DNA of 63,606 nt, counting the filler, from Hausera hauseri (taxonomy: Eukaryota), in NCBI GenBank assembly GCA_046269625.1. It is 11 parts of 11 records of this genome, joined end to end, with 100 filler letters (N's around TTAATTAATTAA, not from the genome) between each part and the next. Parts side by side here need not be neighbours in the genome. Positions count along the whole stretch, not along the records: positions 49,870 to 55,437 come from JBJURY010229517.1; positions 55,538 to 63,606 come from JBJURY010793201.1; 9 more parts are not named here. The stretch is one strand, 5' to 3'. Under the pieces are notes generated by a model. That model saw nothing but the letters and a program-made list of their open reading frames with translations, was not told the origin of the DNA and ran no database searches. Position numbers and translations under genes: made by a program. This document shows positions 49,995-63,606 of the stretch, one piece after another (the first letter of the stretch is position 1; each line of letters opens with the position of its first letter).

Positions 49995-52900
49995 AAATGC
50001 CGTACAAAATAATCGGGTCGTTACCGCGATTGTTATAAATAGTAACATGATTCATGTCTAAAAATAGACAAACACATTTTCATCCGCTTGTGCAAGCCCG
50101 ACTGTCACACAATACAAAATCCGGCTGGCTTGCCCTATATAAAACTTTAAATCTAATGGGCATTATGGTTAAAACCTTGAGCCCAGTGAGTTATCAATAT
50201 TATTTAGCTGTGCAGTAATTATATTAACCTGCTGGTAAGTACGTATACTGTATGGCACCGTATGCTAAGGCAGTTGCATTTTATTTAGTTTGTGGTGTTT
50301 AGTATTTTTGAACTACTGTTAATTATACGTCTGAAATAATAAATTAGGCTTCTGACAACATAACCACAAGAGATATGTATGTATGTGTGCGTGTGTGTGT
50401 TGCATGTGAGGGCTCTCTGCGACTGATAAACCTACGACCTTAGCCAGACTCATGGGCAACGGTGAGGAAATCTACCGACCAATGGCAGGGGATGGAGATG
50501 GCCCCTGTTGAGTGGTGACTTTGAAATACCACCTGAAGGATTTACACCCCCCCCCCCCGACCCCAATGGGACAAGAGGGGGAAAAAAACCACTCCACAGC
50601 TGTTTTCAGGACTAAACTGTCTCTGTCACTGTTCGCACAGAAGAGCTAATCGGTCCGACGAATGGAAGCTACCAACAACATCAAGCCATGTCTAGTAGAC
50701 AACGATCTAGTAGCCCATTATTACGGGTTTTCAGTAATGACTATTCCACCATTATTTTATATGTATGGGTTTTAATCAATAGTTGCGTAAATTCGCCTTT
50801 AAGTTCTAGAGACAAATAAAGATTCGATGTTTGGGGTCTATTTTTCGTAACATTACCAATAGTTATAATATGTGTGTGTGTGTGTGTGTGTTCTTTTTTT
50901 CTACCCCTAGTAGACTCACATTTACTAGATTCACTTTCGTGCCGTTGCGTGTTTTATTTTGTTTCTAGTACCTTAAGTTGACAGTTGTGAGCACAATATA
51001 ATTCTCAGCTGAATTAATCTGACACGGAAGCAAACATTCACTCATTTAATAGTTGTATGCGCACCCATGCCGTCATACATGAATTTGAATGTATTTTACA
51101 AGATCACCTGCCATTCCAGTGATTTTCAATGGCTAGGCGATTTGTATCGCATAGTTTATGCGCAGCATAAGCCTATCCTTTTAGCTTACCTGTTTCCAGG
51201 AAGGCTAGATCCGATATCTGTAGACAGGATATGATGGGAAATTATATAGCCACTTTAAGGAAATTCCTACGAAGAACATAGCCCATGAACGTCACCAGGT
51301 TATTTTGGTACATCTTCCTTGTTACGCATCTTCAGTAGACCGTTGCGCAGTTTCAGAATCAATGTTTGAAGAATTAAAGAGTTGTCAGTGAAATAAATGC
51401 ATGTCACTAACATCTCAAGCTATCAAAGATCGAAATTAATATAAAACTGTTGGTAAATAAGACATAGCAATGTATAGACATTATAATATATACCGGAAAA
51501 AAAATATGTAAAAGTGACTCCACATTACTGACAAACAACTTTACAAATGGTCGCACACGTTCGTTCCAAATAGAAACAAAAAAACCACATCATTTATGGA
51601 TGGTACCACACTCTGCTGTGGGGTTTTCTGATCAGTAGTATCCCACTGATCACCGAAGAGTACCGGAATACATATGGCATGTAGACATACTACTAACGAA
51701 ATTTTGCTATGAAATGAAAGGAAAACAGCCCTACGTAATAGTTCTTTATCAGGTATACAAAAAATACATAGACATCGTATAGATTGGGGGGGGGGCGACA
51801 AAGTTACTACTAAACAAATATTAATGGGGTCACTATCATCAGGTGCCAAGCCGTGCAGACAAAGATCCAAATAAAAAATGTCCCAGCGTTTGAGTAAGCT
51901 TTGTTAGGTCTTGTTGTTGCTGGTATGGTAGGCCGTCATGGACCTCCACCTCTGCCGCTGACCGCCTTCTGAGCCATTCACGCAGACCATCCAGTTGAGC
52001 TATTTAATTCTCTGCAAGTGAACGTGCTATAGCAGCATTCTATGAATTGGTACATTCCAGTATTCAGCTGATGTGACGCAATCGGTCAAGATCTGCCCAC
52101 CTCCCAGTGGCGGCTTCTAGGCAACGGAGGAGAACGCTATTTTGGCGCTGTAGCAGAGGGTTGGCAATGGTTTGCCATGAGCCATCACAACAAAACAGAT
52201 GTGGCTCCCTTGTTACAAATAAGATCGTCGCTATTTGTAAATGAATAAAATCATTAAACAGCACTTTATGCATTTGAATTTGTTGACAGAAATGGCCACA
52301 GACTCCGGTGATGAAACCTTTAAACCCTCCACGCTTAGTGTCAAGGCTGCTATTAGGATGTGCACAGACACAACAGATATTGACGTCATCATTGACTTAA
52401 CCAGGCATCCGAGTCCTCAGGTAAAATACATGTTATTCTCTCATCTCGTCTTATAAGTTAATGATTATCTCTGAATCACCAAGGGGGTAACCCCTCTGGG
52501 TGAGTACTGGTATGGATTGTTGTAGTCCTAAAGGAATGTGGAGAGTGTAGCTGAGCTTTGATGTCATACCGGTGGTGTCTAGGAGATGGACTGAGGTGCT
52601 CCAGGCGATGGTGCACATAAAATGATACACCACTCAACCGAGGTCAAAGCCGATCTCTACCCCGATACACGGCGTGGAATGGGCAACGGTCTTAGCTGCA
52701 TTCGGAGTTCTGATAGCCCTAATAAATTATCTGTGAGCAAACAAATCTGTATACACAGTACAAGCAAGTCACGAATAAAACATAATTATCATAGACAATA
52801 CACTTTAAAACAATTTACACAAAAACCGCCACGGAAGACGTTGAGAGTAGCCATTTACATGCTTCTGTGCATGCATTTATTGTTAGGTAATTCATCACCT

Positions 52901-55219
52901 TTCAGTGTAAGAGTTAAACTTGTTGTTTGCAGTCTACTTTTATTATGCAACATAAATAAATTTGACGTGCGACAGGTTTGCCTGGTGGTAGGTTCATGTT
53001 GTGTGTAACATATACCAGTAAACATGTATGCAGTATAACAGAAGGCGGCTTCCGCTGTAAAACCACCATTACTCTTTGCTGTTCACTTACACCTGTTTCA
53101 ATGATCATTTGGTTATGTCCCCTAATACAGGAGAGATAGTTTCGCATAAAACATCATTTTTAAACTTAGCATATAAAATAGTAATTATATTACCAGTATT
53201 CCGAATTTGTGGTACAGACAGGTCATCATTAATCCGACAATCAGCCATCCGGGATTATTTATTGCCCAGTGTTCTTCGGCAATGGTTTAACATGGTGAGA
53301 AACTTGGTCAGAACGACAGAACTTTGTATCAAACCACAAGACATGACGAACATGTATGAGACACAACATAAATGATCATGAATCAACCGCCGAGCTGGAG
53401 TTTTCAGCTGATATACGGTGAGGAGGCAGTGACGATATCCTTGCTGAAACCTACATATGTTTTCAATTAATCACAAGTCTTTCCCTGTCTGTGTTGTTTC
53501 CTAGAATTGTGACTAGTTCAGTGCGTTTGACTCTGCCGAATGATGTTTCGTATAGTACCAGTATATGTTGGTGGTAGATCTCTCTCTAGCTGCGAGCTAT
53601 GAGCTCTTGGCAGCTGACGCCATAGTGAAGAACTTGCATGTCTGCTGCATTTGTAGCGCATAAGCATTATCGACTGTTGGGTGCTTAGAAAGAATCTGTG
53701 CCTGTATATAAAGTAGCCTTACACGTAGGTCTTTTGGAAATTCTGAATCTCATCTTATTAATGCTCATAATATATACCCGGTACATAAGTTTAAATGTTT
53801 CTTTGTTGTCTACAAATCCAAGGTTATATTCCGTTGTTTTTTTTTTTAATTCTCCTCACAATAATTTAAATAAAAATATTTTCGTCGCACAGACATGTCA
53901 CCTTCACATTCGATGGCACTAGTTTTCTTGTGCCAGACTATGGTTATTTTGACATTAATATACATTTTTGTTTCTTGGTTTAAGTTAACAAGAACAGAAA
54001 CAAGTAAACTCTGCTGTGAGTTGGATGGGCCAGAGCATGTCATCGGCTGAATCGAGAATGAAATAATAATAATAACAGTAATGAAACGAACTCATCAGTA
54101 GGAGTTGCTGTGTACACTTTTTTTTTTGGTTTACCTGTTGTTTTTTTTTTAAACATGCTAATATAAACGCTACACACCTTGGTCTCAAATTATATCCTGC
54201 AACGTTACCACAAGGTATCTAAGCATTAACGCATGTAATAATATAAAAGGAATTTATTTACACAGGTAAGGCAGCGCGCCCTTCGTGAGATGTGCCCGTG
54301 TCGTGTAAAGAAGGACATAACTGACTTCTGGAATCGTGTGTTTGAGATGATGAATGACCCAGACCCCATTGTCAGGTGAGTTGTTTGCTAGTTTAACAAT
54401 TTACTGCTAGCGTATATGTTGTTATTCGATCTCCGCGTGACATCTTCTGGATGAGCCCCGAGAAGGGCTGTTGCAGTCCTAAGGACGAGGGCAGCTGAGC
54501 TCTCCCGCCGTCCCGGTGGTGCACCAGGTTTTATTGCAATGCTTGCCCTCCTAGAAGTGACCCACCACTCAACCAGCAGGTTTCCCAGGGCAGAAATGTA
54601 AACAGGCAATACTGCCTATTTCTCACCCTGGTTAAAGATCTTATCTTCCCAAGGGGACAAAGACATGGGCTGAGGATCTTGGGTGACTATGATTCGGCAG
54701 CCCTGGCACTGTGTATCAGGGTCGGCTATGGGTTGCCGACCACACAGCACGTCCGTCCCCACCGTATAGATTAGGATAATGCAGTTAGAACCTATTAAGT
54801 TTGCTTTTCGTTTTGTTTTTTTTTTAAACTCCGACCTTACAGAGAGGGACTTGACCTATCAAGTGAGCGAATGTGAGAAAGCGTTTATGGCTTTAGCTGT
54901 TCACTTGTTTCAACTGATCATATTACTTATGTCACAATGGAAGAAACCCAAGGACAGAGGGGGTTAGGGACCAACAAAAACCTGGAGAAGAACCAAAGGC
55001 AAAGAATGCAACACAGCAAATACATTACGGAACGATATAAAGATTTAGGCATCAGAAATGGAGAGAAATCATTAGACAAAATCGCAAAATATAGATGGGG
55101 AAGTTCTACGGGTACCTGGATATCGTACATATAAGATCTTGAAATCAGTGTTGTTTACAAGGTACATTGGCATCAAATCATAATTGTTTCACATTCAGAA
55201 AGCAGGAGTTAAAACAGCA

Positions 55220-55437
55220 GTTTGATTGGGCGACTGTTTTTTCCTATACGAGTATCGAAGTTTCTCTTGCATATGGGATTTTTTCTCCTGCATCTTGCAG
55301 TAAAAAATTCCCTTGATATCTGGCTAGTGAGATCGGACGTCCGTGTACATTGTCGTGCATGTTAAAAATCCCTTGGCAGTTGGAAATCGAAAAAGAGTAG
55401 GCCTAACGGCCGCTGTCCGGGAAAAATTCTAGGAAAA
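55220..55437 (+). repeat. Probable SINE with a conserved central domain
   Basis: GTGCATGTTAAAAATCCC...TCGAAAAGAGTAGG resembles a recalled conserved metazoan SINE core (MetaSINE-like). Confidence 0.35.
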
Positions 55438-55537
55438 NNNNNNNNNNNNNNNNNNNNNNNNNNNNNNNNNNNNNNNNNNNNTTAATTAATTAANNNNNNN
55501 NNNNNNNNNNNNNNNNNNNNNNNNNNNNNNNNNNNNN

Positions 55538-56160
55538 ATCGTTGATGGATTATGTTTACCGCAACCATTCTTTTCCTCTAAAAATCCGTTAACAACCTAA
55601 TGACATATGTAAAGGATCCTAGATGACCTCTTGTGGAATTGCAGGAACTCATGTCACAAATATCTGTTCGAATACCTACGAATGTTGAACGAAACATAAA
55701 GCAACAAATGTCTGTATATGTAAGCAATGTTACGTCGGTGTTGTCACAGTTTTCCAGTGCTAAAATCATGCAAATACTCATGTCATATGATAATAGACTT
55801 AACAATAAATCCGATCGAGATAGTTAAGTGATGATCATACAAAGCTTAGTGTCTCTTGTTGGAAAGTATTCGTTCGGTGTTAGAGGTCACATGAAATCCG
55901 TGGTTGAAAATCTATTTAATAATTACTTTAACGTTGAGATGGAGTTCCAAGTAGGACACTTTGACAAATGTGTCAGTAGGCTTCTGGAACAGTTTTCCAA
56001 GGACAAGAATCTGACAGTAATGAATATCATCTTTTCTCATCAGCATGGCCAGTTAAAAAACAAACTAATTCTACTGTTGATTGATCATCTTGTTCAAAAC
56101 GAATCTGGTCTTGTCAAAGGTCTAAGTAATACGACGGTAAATTATACTAATCTCAATAAA
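55538..56160 (+). pseudogene. ACC: Acetyl-CoA carboxylase central-domain fragment, apparently intronless
   Basis: DP..PLVELQELMS.IS.RIP.NVE..IK, SNVTSVLSQF, GVRGHMKSVV, FQ.GHFDKCV, IFSH....KN.L...LID.L. Confidence 0.9.
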
Positions 56161-57219
56161 CCAGGACTTCTTAAAACCTATATATCCGCCATTTTAAGGT
56201 TACTGCCTTCAGATATGAAAAATCTGAGGTTATTGATTTAACCCCACTTTTGAGTATTTAACTTGACAAGGTTATGAAAATCACACTCTATCAGATCCTG
56301 ATGAGTACCATACAAAAATTTTCAAAACGGCGATTTAAGATCATTCAAACACTTCTTAGTTTTGTCCGTAAGGACATGCCCGAAGCGCAGGACGTATGGG
56401 ATAGTGTTATTTATCTCATTTCTTTTATTTTTTATGATTCCGTCAAAAATCCGTTTATGATTCCGCCATAGATTTTTGAAATACAACTGCTATCTAGCGA
56501 ATGCGTTTTTTGGTAACACATCTTGCTCTTATTCTGGCATGACTTCTGCTGACGTTGGAATTCTAGATCATACCAGCAAAACACCTTTTTTTTATTCCTC
56601 AGACCATAAATTTCGTATATTCCATTTCACAGTTGTTTCACTTTAGCCCCTGACTACGACATAGTCTTCCGAGATATCTTACTACTGTTGATAAAGTTAA
56701 TCAGCCTCCTTCGAAATTTAAATTGGCTTCATTGGGGAAAATTGGTAAACTACGCTTTTCCGTTCTGAAGTATTTTACACTCGTAGGAAGTCGTGAACTC
56801 AATGATGGCCACATAGAAATTAATGAAATGGCCCAGTCATTTTGTGGCATTGTTAATTGCACATCACCCGTACCTTGTCTCGACAAACCGAAAAACTCAA
56901 CACCGAACCATCTGCGAAATTCGATAAATCTGTAATGAGACGAAGGGGAATTAAGGCCCTCTTTCGCAAACTCAGCCCGATTTACTCTTCTGATCACAGA
57001 GAGTTTCGGACTAGAATTTCTGACTATGGACAGAATCAGTTCCCTTCTGGTTATTGCCGACTTTATTCAGTATACATCAGTTATAAACGCAATAGATCCA
57101 ATAACCATAGGTAGTCCACAGATTGGACATATTCTTCAAAAGAAACTGCAACCCTTTTAACTTCGAATGACCACATCGATGTACCACACTACCCGGTTTA
57201 CCGTATATCACCACCATTT

Positions 57220-57432
57220 TCCCTCTACCTTTATGTTAATAACAATCTAATACAAATAGTACACGTCACACAACGTATCGAGACATCACAACTATACTCT
57301 TTCATTCATAATACCCCCGCCTTCAGCGAATTCTACTTGACTCACAATGGCTTCATTTTAACTGACCTTCCACACATCATGTCTTCACAATCCTACCTAT
57401 GTATTCATATCCATCCTAGAATCCGTGGAGGT
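57220..57432 (+). CDS. Divergent ubiquitin-like domain in frame immediately before Gag
   Basis: 71 aa: SLYLYVN...IQIVHV...TSQLYSFIH...FYLTHNGFILTD...IHIHPRIRGG, followed by M. Confidence 0.6.
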
Positions 57433-60400
57433 ATGAATTCTTCACCCACCATCGACACCACTGATAAAAATGCTTCTAAAACATCACATTTTGCTTTTTA
57501 CCAAAAATCGTCGACCGTCACCACGCCATCTACTTTCAGTAGTTATACATCCTCCATTCCTCCAGCCAAACACACTTCTTCTCAGTGCACGGAGTATTTT
57601 ATAGACCACGAAAAATCCAGTAAAACCTGGCTTAGCTTTCACAAACTTTGGCTGCAGTCTAACAACATCCCTGATCCGCTAACCAAAGCTCATAACCTAC
57701 TTTGTCTTTTACCGACAAACGTAAAAACGTCCATTCATGATTTGCTAGACATCTTCCAACAATCAGATCCATACACCCATCTTCACAATGTTGTTTTAAA
57801 GCTTACCGAACCATCTATGGAATCCATAATTCATCGATTCTTTAACGACAATGCTATGGGGACGCAAAAACCATTAGATTTCCTCAGAACTTCACTCGTT
57901 TAACTTCAAACACTTGAAGTGACTAAACAACATAACTCCGATCTTTTGCGACGCTACTTTCTGAACGCATTGCCAATACAAATTAGGGCCTTACTAATTG
58001 TCGTAGAAGAATCGACAACACTTGATAAATTGGCTGAACTGTCAGACAAAACATACGAGGTTTTAAAAGCACACACCCAACCAGTCATTTCGGCAGCCGT
58101 TAATACCAACAACGTTACATTCGAACAGCAGTTAAGTTAACTACGAGCCAAAAATGCGGCCCTACAAACAACAATAAGTAATATTAACAATAAACTGAAC
58201 GAGATTTTATTGACTCGTCGAGGAGGATGTTTCATACGTGACCGTAACCGTTCAATATCCCGTGGTCGTTCACCTTCACCTGGACGATCACTGACCTACT
58301 ATTACCACGGTAAGTTTGACAATAATGCACAAAAATGCCACATAGGGTGCAAATTTTACAACCAAAAATATCATACAGATAACGCAATTTGCATATATCA
58401 TGCAAAATTCTGATATCATGCACGCAGATGCATTCCTTGTTGTACTTTTAAAAACAAATCTCATCATGCAAATGAAGAGCACACAAACCTCTCTTCTAAC
58501 AGCCTTCTTGTTCCTCCTTTTTCAAAAAACTAATTTTGTCACCAGTACTCACGGCAGAGTCTGGCAAAGGCAACTTCTCTAATATTACCTTCCGACACTC
58601 GTCTTTTGCAGTCTTTACACTAAAGGCCTCGATAACCACACCAACAACTCAATTCATAGATTTCCTTATCAACACAGGCGCTGCGGTTTCTATGCTACCA
58701 CTCACTTTTCCTGTACAAAATTCACCATTCAAAGCCAAATCGTTATTCACGGCTTTAGGCGAACCGCTAGATATTTCGGGTACATCTAAATTGTCGTTCA
58801 CCTTACCAAACTTTCAGTCCACGTTTCATTGGACGTTTACCGTCGCTAACGTCCGCACAGCAATCCTAAGTTTGCATTTCTTATCACACTATAATCTTTT
58901 AGTTGACTGCAAACAACAATGTCTGAAACGTAACACTACTGGATATCTTACCGAGCAAATAAATAGTATATCCGCTAAGGCACAAGCGATCTCGCCGCAG
59001 AAGCCTATACTCAAAAATCCTGTAAGTCATCCAAATCTCTGCAACAAGCATTTTTCATTTCGTAAATTTTTTAATGATAATATCAATATTCAATCGAAAT
59101 TTGGTCCTGAAAACTACGATTGTGTTGGTTCAGTATATTCGCTAGAGAAAATTACTTCTTCGAACACTATTTTTAATACCACTATCCTACACCAAATTCC
59201 TCTTGATTTCAATAACTTGCAAACATCATTCGTCACAGCACACATTGATGCAACACCACAACCAACACAAAATCTCTCGAAATTGTCTAAAAGTCTTCGG
59301 CAATACATACACAATTCATGTCCTTACTTAATTCAGAAAGATCGAACCTTCACATCTACAAACAGCACTTTTCATCACATTATAACGCAACACCAAAGAT
59401 CTATTCGTCAAAAGATACGTCCATTGTCACCTCGTCGTAGGCAAGTTGTCGAAGCGGAATTTCTAGACCTTGATCGCTTCGGAATCGTACGCAGATCTAA
59501 ATCACCGTGGTCTTCGCCTTTACACGTAGTTCAAAAAAGGATGGATCTTTCCGACCATGCGGTGATTACCGTCAGCTGAACACTTTAACTGTTATGGACG
59601 CATATCCTTTACCACTAATTAAGGATATCCTGCATCGGCTCAGTTCCACTACAGTATATTCAACCATTGACTTAGCCAAGGCATATCATCAAATTCCTGT
59701 AGCATCCGAGGATATCGAGAAAACGGCTGTTACGACACCTTTCGGCCTATACGAATACATTTATATGCCTTTTGGTTTACGCAATGCTTCTGACTTTCCA
59801 ATATTACATCGACTCCATCCTCTCGGATTTCACTTTCGCGAATCCATATATCGACGATATCTTGATTGCCCCGTCTTCAACCAAACAGCATGAGGAACAC
59901 CTTCGCTCCGTTTTCAAACGACTTAACCATCGTAATTTACAAATTAATTTTACGAAGTGTCACTTTTTCCAAAAGCGTATTAACTTCCACGGACACATCA
60001 TTTCATCAAATGGCCACCCTCCTCAGACAGAACGTGTTGAAGCTCTCAAATGTATAAAACTACCCCGAACAACATCAGAAATGAGGAGCCTTTTGGGAAC
60101 CTTGCACTTCATGCACAAGTATGTGCCGTAGTGATCTGAACTTACTGCACCATTCGCCAACCTAAGCGGTGGAAAAAAACATCAGCCAACCCAGTGGACA
60201 CCTTACCTGATCGATAAATTTGACAAGCTTCGTGAAGGAATTAAGACCGCCGACATTCTCGCTTTCCCTCAGCCTGACGCGGAACTCATTCTTACTACAG
60301 ACGCTTCAACAACTGCAATAAGTGCTGTGCTTCATCAAATATACAAAGGAGAAAATCAATCACTAGAATTTTTCTGTCGTAAGCTGACATCCCCTGAAAA

Positions 60401-62190
60401 TAGATATTCAACATTCGATCGAGAATTATTAGCCATCGTACTCGTTTTAAAGCATTTCTCCCACCTACTTGTCTCTCGCCATTTTACCATGCAGACCGAT
60501 CACAAGCCTTTGCTAAACATTATGACTATGAAACATCCTTCCTCACGCCAAGAACGACAAATATCATATCTGTCGACATTCAACTTCGACATAAAACATA
60601 TTAACGGTGTCAATAATTTGGTTGCCGATTCCTTACCTAGGACGGTTGGTTCTATTAATTTTTCACAATCTTCTCTCAAGTACAACTCCAACAGTATCAG
60701 CCACCTCCGGACATGCTTAAATCTTTTAAGTCTTACACAACTGTTGACGGCATGGCTTTAGACACTTCTAAACCAGGTCATTACATAATAATTCTCGCAC
60801 CATCTTTACAACGGCAAGCGTTTAACAGTATACATTCACTGCACCATCCTAGCTCTAAGGCAACTTTTCGCTTTCTCCACCGGCAAGTAATATAACCGAC
60901 TATGCGTTCTGATGTGCAAGCGTGGGTTAAGGAGTGTGTGGCTTGCCAGAAATTTAAAATCACCAAACATTTTAAGCCACCACTTTATCATTTCCCTTGC
61001 ACATCGCGTTTAGAGTCAGTTCATATTGATCTCGTTGGCCCTCTTTCTCCTGACAATGGCCATCAGTTCATTTTGACAATGATGGATCATTCCTCACGTT
61101 GGCCAGAAGCTGTCTCACTACGAATCACTAACACAGACACTATAGCCAACCTTTTCGTACGCACTTGGGTCAGCAGATTTGGATCCTCTAGATTCATTAT
61201 TACGGAACAAGGTACTCAGTTTGAGTCCAATTTATTTAAATCTCCACACATCACCGTATCACCCTCAATCGAATGGTCTTCTAGACAGATTCTACAGAAC
61301 ACTAAAAACGTCATTGAGAATCTTAGCAGAATCAAATAGCAGTTGGACTACTCTCCTTCCGCTAGTTCTTCTGGGTTGGCGTAACACCCTTTCTACTTCT
61401 ACAGGTTGTTCACCTACAGAAGCCCTTTTCGAAACACTTGTACGTTCATTGTTTGAGTTAACGGCCTTCGAAGATACACCGACAGACGAAGCTATCCGAT
61501 CGGTACAAGACCATTTTGTTGCCATCAGCAAAGATTCCTTCTGTAGGATCTTGAATAACAATAAAACATACTTACCGGAGGATCTATATTCGACAAAATT
61601 CGTCTGGTTGAGAAACTAGACACCGTGTGGTTTCCAACCATGGTATTTGGAACCTTACAAACTCGTTCAATTGCACTCCCATAATGCCATTATTCTGAAA
61701 GACGGCAAGGAACTAGCAGTGCACATCAACAACGTAAAGCCCCTTTTTTCGTTGATGATACACCTCAAATTGAACTTTCTACACCTTCTCTGACGACACC
61801 GCCTTTTCCTATTTCTATTCCTCCAAACCCTACACCTACACCGTTACTAGAACCTACCCCTAAAACCCCTTCCACTAATCTCACCACTTTTCTTCCAAGT
61901 TCTCCTACATTTTCCCCTCCAGCCCAATTCTCGTTTTTGAACGATGTACCATCTTCAACGACGACGTCCGACATAATTTTGTCTCAATCTACTCGTCAAC
62001 CAGATTCAATGACACCAAAAAATTCAAATCGGTCACCTTCAGTACCTACAGTAGAGTGCTAAATACTGAAGGAATACAAGGCCTTGTACATACGAAGTTC
62101 ACATAGTTAGTCCACACTGTTTTGTTTGCATTCGTTATATTTCCTTTCATCATTACAGTTCACATCTTGTCACGGGGGGTATTGTAGTGC
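57433..62190 (+). mobile_element. Gypsy element, gag-PR-RT-RH-IN, decayed, with a PPT (62174-62179) and LTR start (62183)
   Basis: Gag with two Y-H..F...A.xC...C modules; FLINTGA; RPCGDYRQLN; YIDD; TTDAS; RYSTFDRELLA; HIDLVGPL; YHPQSNG. Confidence 0.93.
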
Positions 62191-63100
<910 letters not shown>

Positions 63101-63187
63101 AAGACACTTACAATATTGAATACGTTAATATAGAGTTTCTAAAATAAACATTTCTTTATCTTTTATCCTTAAATTATGATATTGACA

Positions 63188-63506
63188 TGTAAATCGCGAT
63201 GCGTGTGGGTTATGCGGAGAGGGACCGGATTTAGTACGTGATAGACACTACAGTGTTTATAATGTGATATAGTAAAAAATTGGTTTTGTTTATAACGCAC
63301 GATAACTAATAAAAAATATAAATACAGTTTGAACGTGATAAAGTTTTTTTGTGTTAAAAATGATTGCTTTATTTGGCGATATTTCCATGCACCAACAAAA
63401 GGTGGTTATAAATTTTGATCATTTTATCCTTGTTATTTACTTAAAAGGGGCAGTAACGAATGCTGATATATTACGGACGAACCACAATTGGTGTTAGAAG
63501 TGGGAT
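63188..63506 (+). mobile_element. 5' LTR (about 63188-63486) and tRNA-Leu-type PBS (63489-63506) of another LTR element
   Basis: TGT...ACA followed by TGGTGTTAGAAGTGGGAT. Confidence 0.65.
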
Positions 63507-63606
63507 TACACTGTCAAGTCAGGTTGAGGTCGGGATGGTAGAGACGCGATCTACTCACATGGCGATCAACGCTTCAAGAGACTTCTTCGAGAAGAAATTG
63601 ATGCCA

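Noticed and set aside
49978-49998. CTGATGA...GAAA hammerhead-like motif
   Set aside because: It is the (TGA)n tail of an RTE-like LINE and has no stems.
50000-55200. Many short ORFs of 60-130 aa
   Set aside because: No recognisable motifs; consistent with chance ORFs in non-coding DNA and old repeats.
4175-55537. Regularly recurring TTAATTAATTAA palindrome
   Set aside because: It always lies inside N-runs, so it is an assembly linker. ORFs that run into it are artefactually extended.

Overview
This window is eukaryotic (animal) DNA, not prokaryotic. It consists of 11 separate contigs joined by artificial 100-bp linkers (N44-TTAATTAATTAA-N44), so adjacency across a linker means nothing. Almost all content is mobile-element or endogenous-virus sequence, mostly decayed by stops and frameshifts. 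Contents: (1) Bel/Pao LTR retrotransposon ends. (2) A large Ty3/Gypsy element (4275-13242) with an unusual gene order: a chuvirus-like glycoprotein C-terminus upstream of PR-RT-RH-IN, then a second type-I membrane protein, a degenerate DEDDh exonuclease-like domain and a RING finger before the 3' LTR. (3) A Tc1 transposon. (4) Two copies of another Gypsy family, one with a ubiquitin-like domain fused directly in front of Gag. (5) A Penelope-like element with an inverted pseudo-LTR and a degenerate hammerhead. (6) A near-intact R4-like RLE non-LTR element. (7) Three Polinton/Maverick (adintovirus-like) segments, one carrying a TATA-binding-protein homolog, a dUTPase and an IAP-type RING. (8) Pseudogenised host gene pieces (DOK/FRS2-like, DPP3 fused to COPB1, cyclophilin, acetyl-CoA carboxylase, kinesin light chain), several joined directly to LTR-element sequence. 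All family assignments come from motifs recognised by eye; no database search was run.
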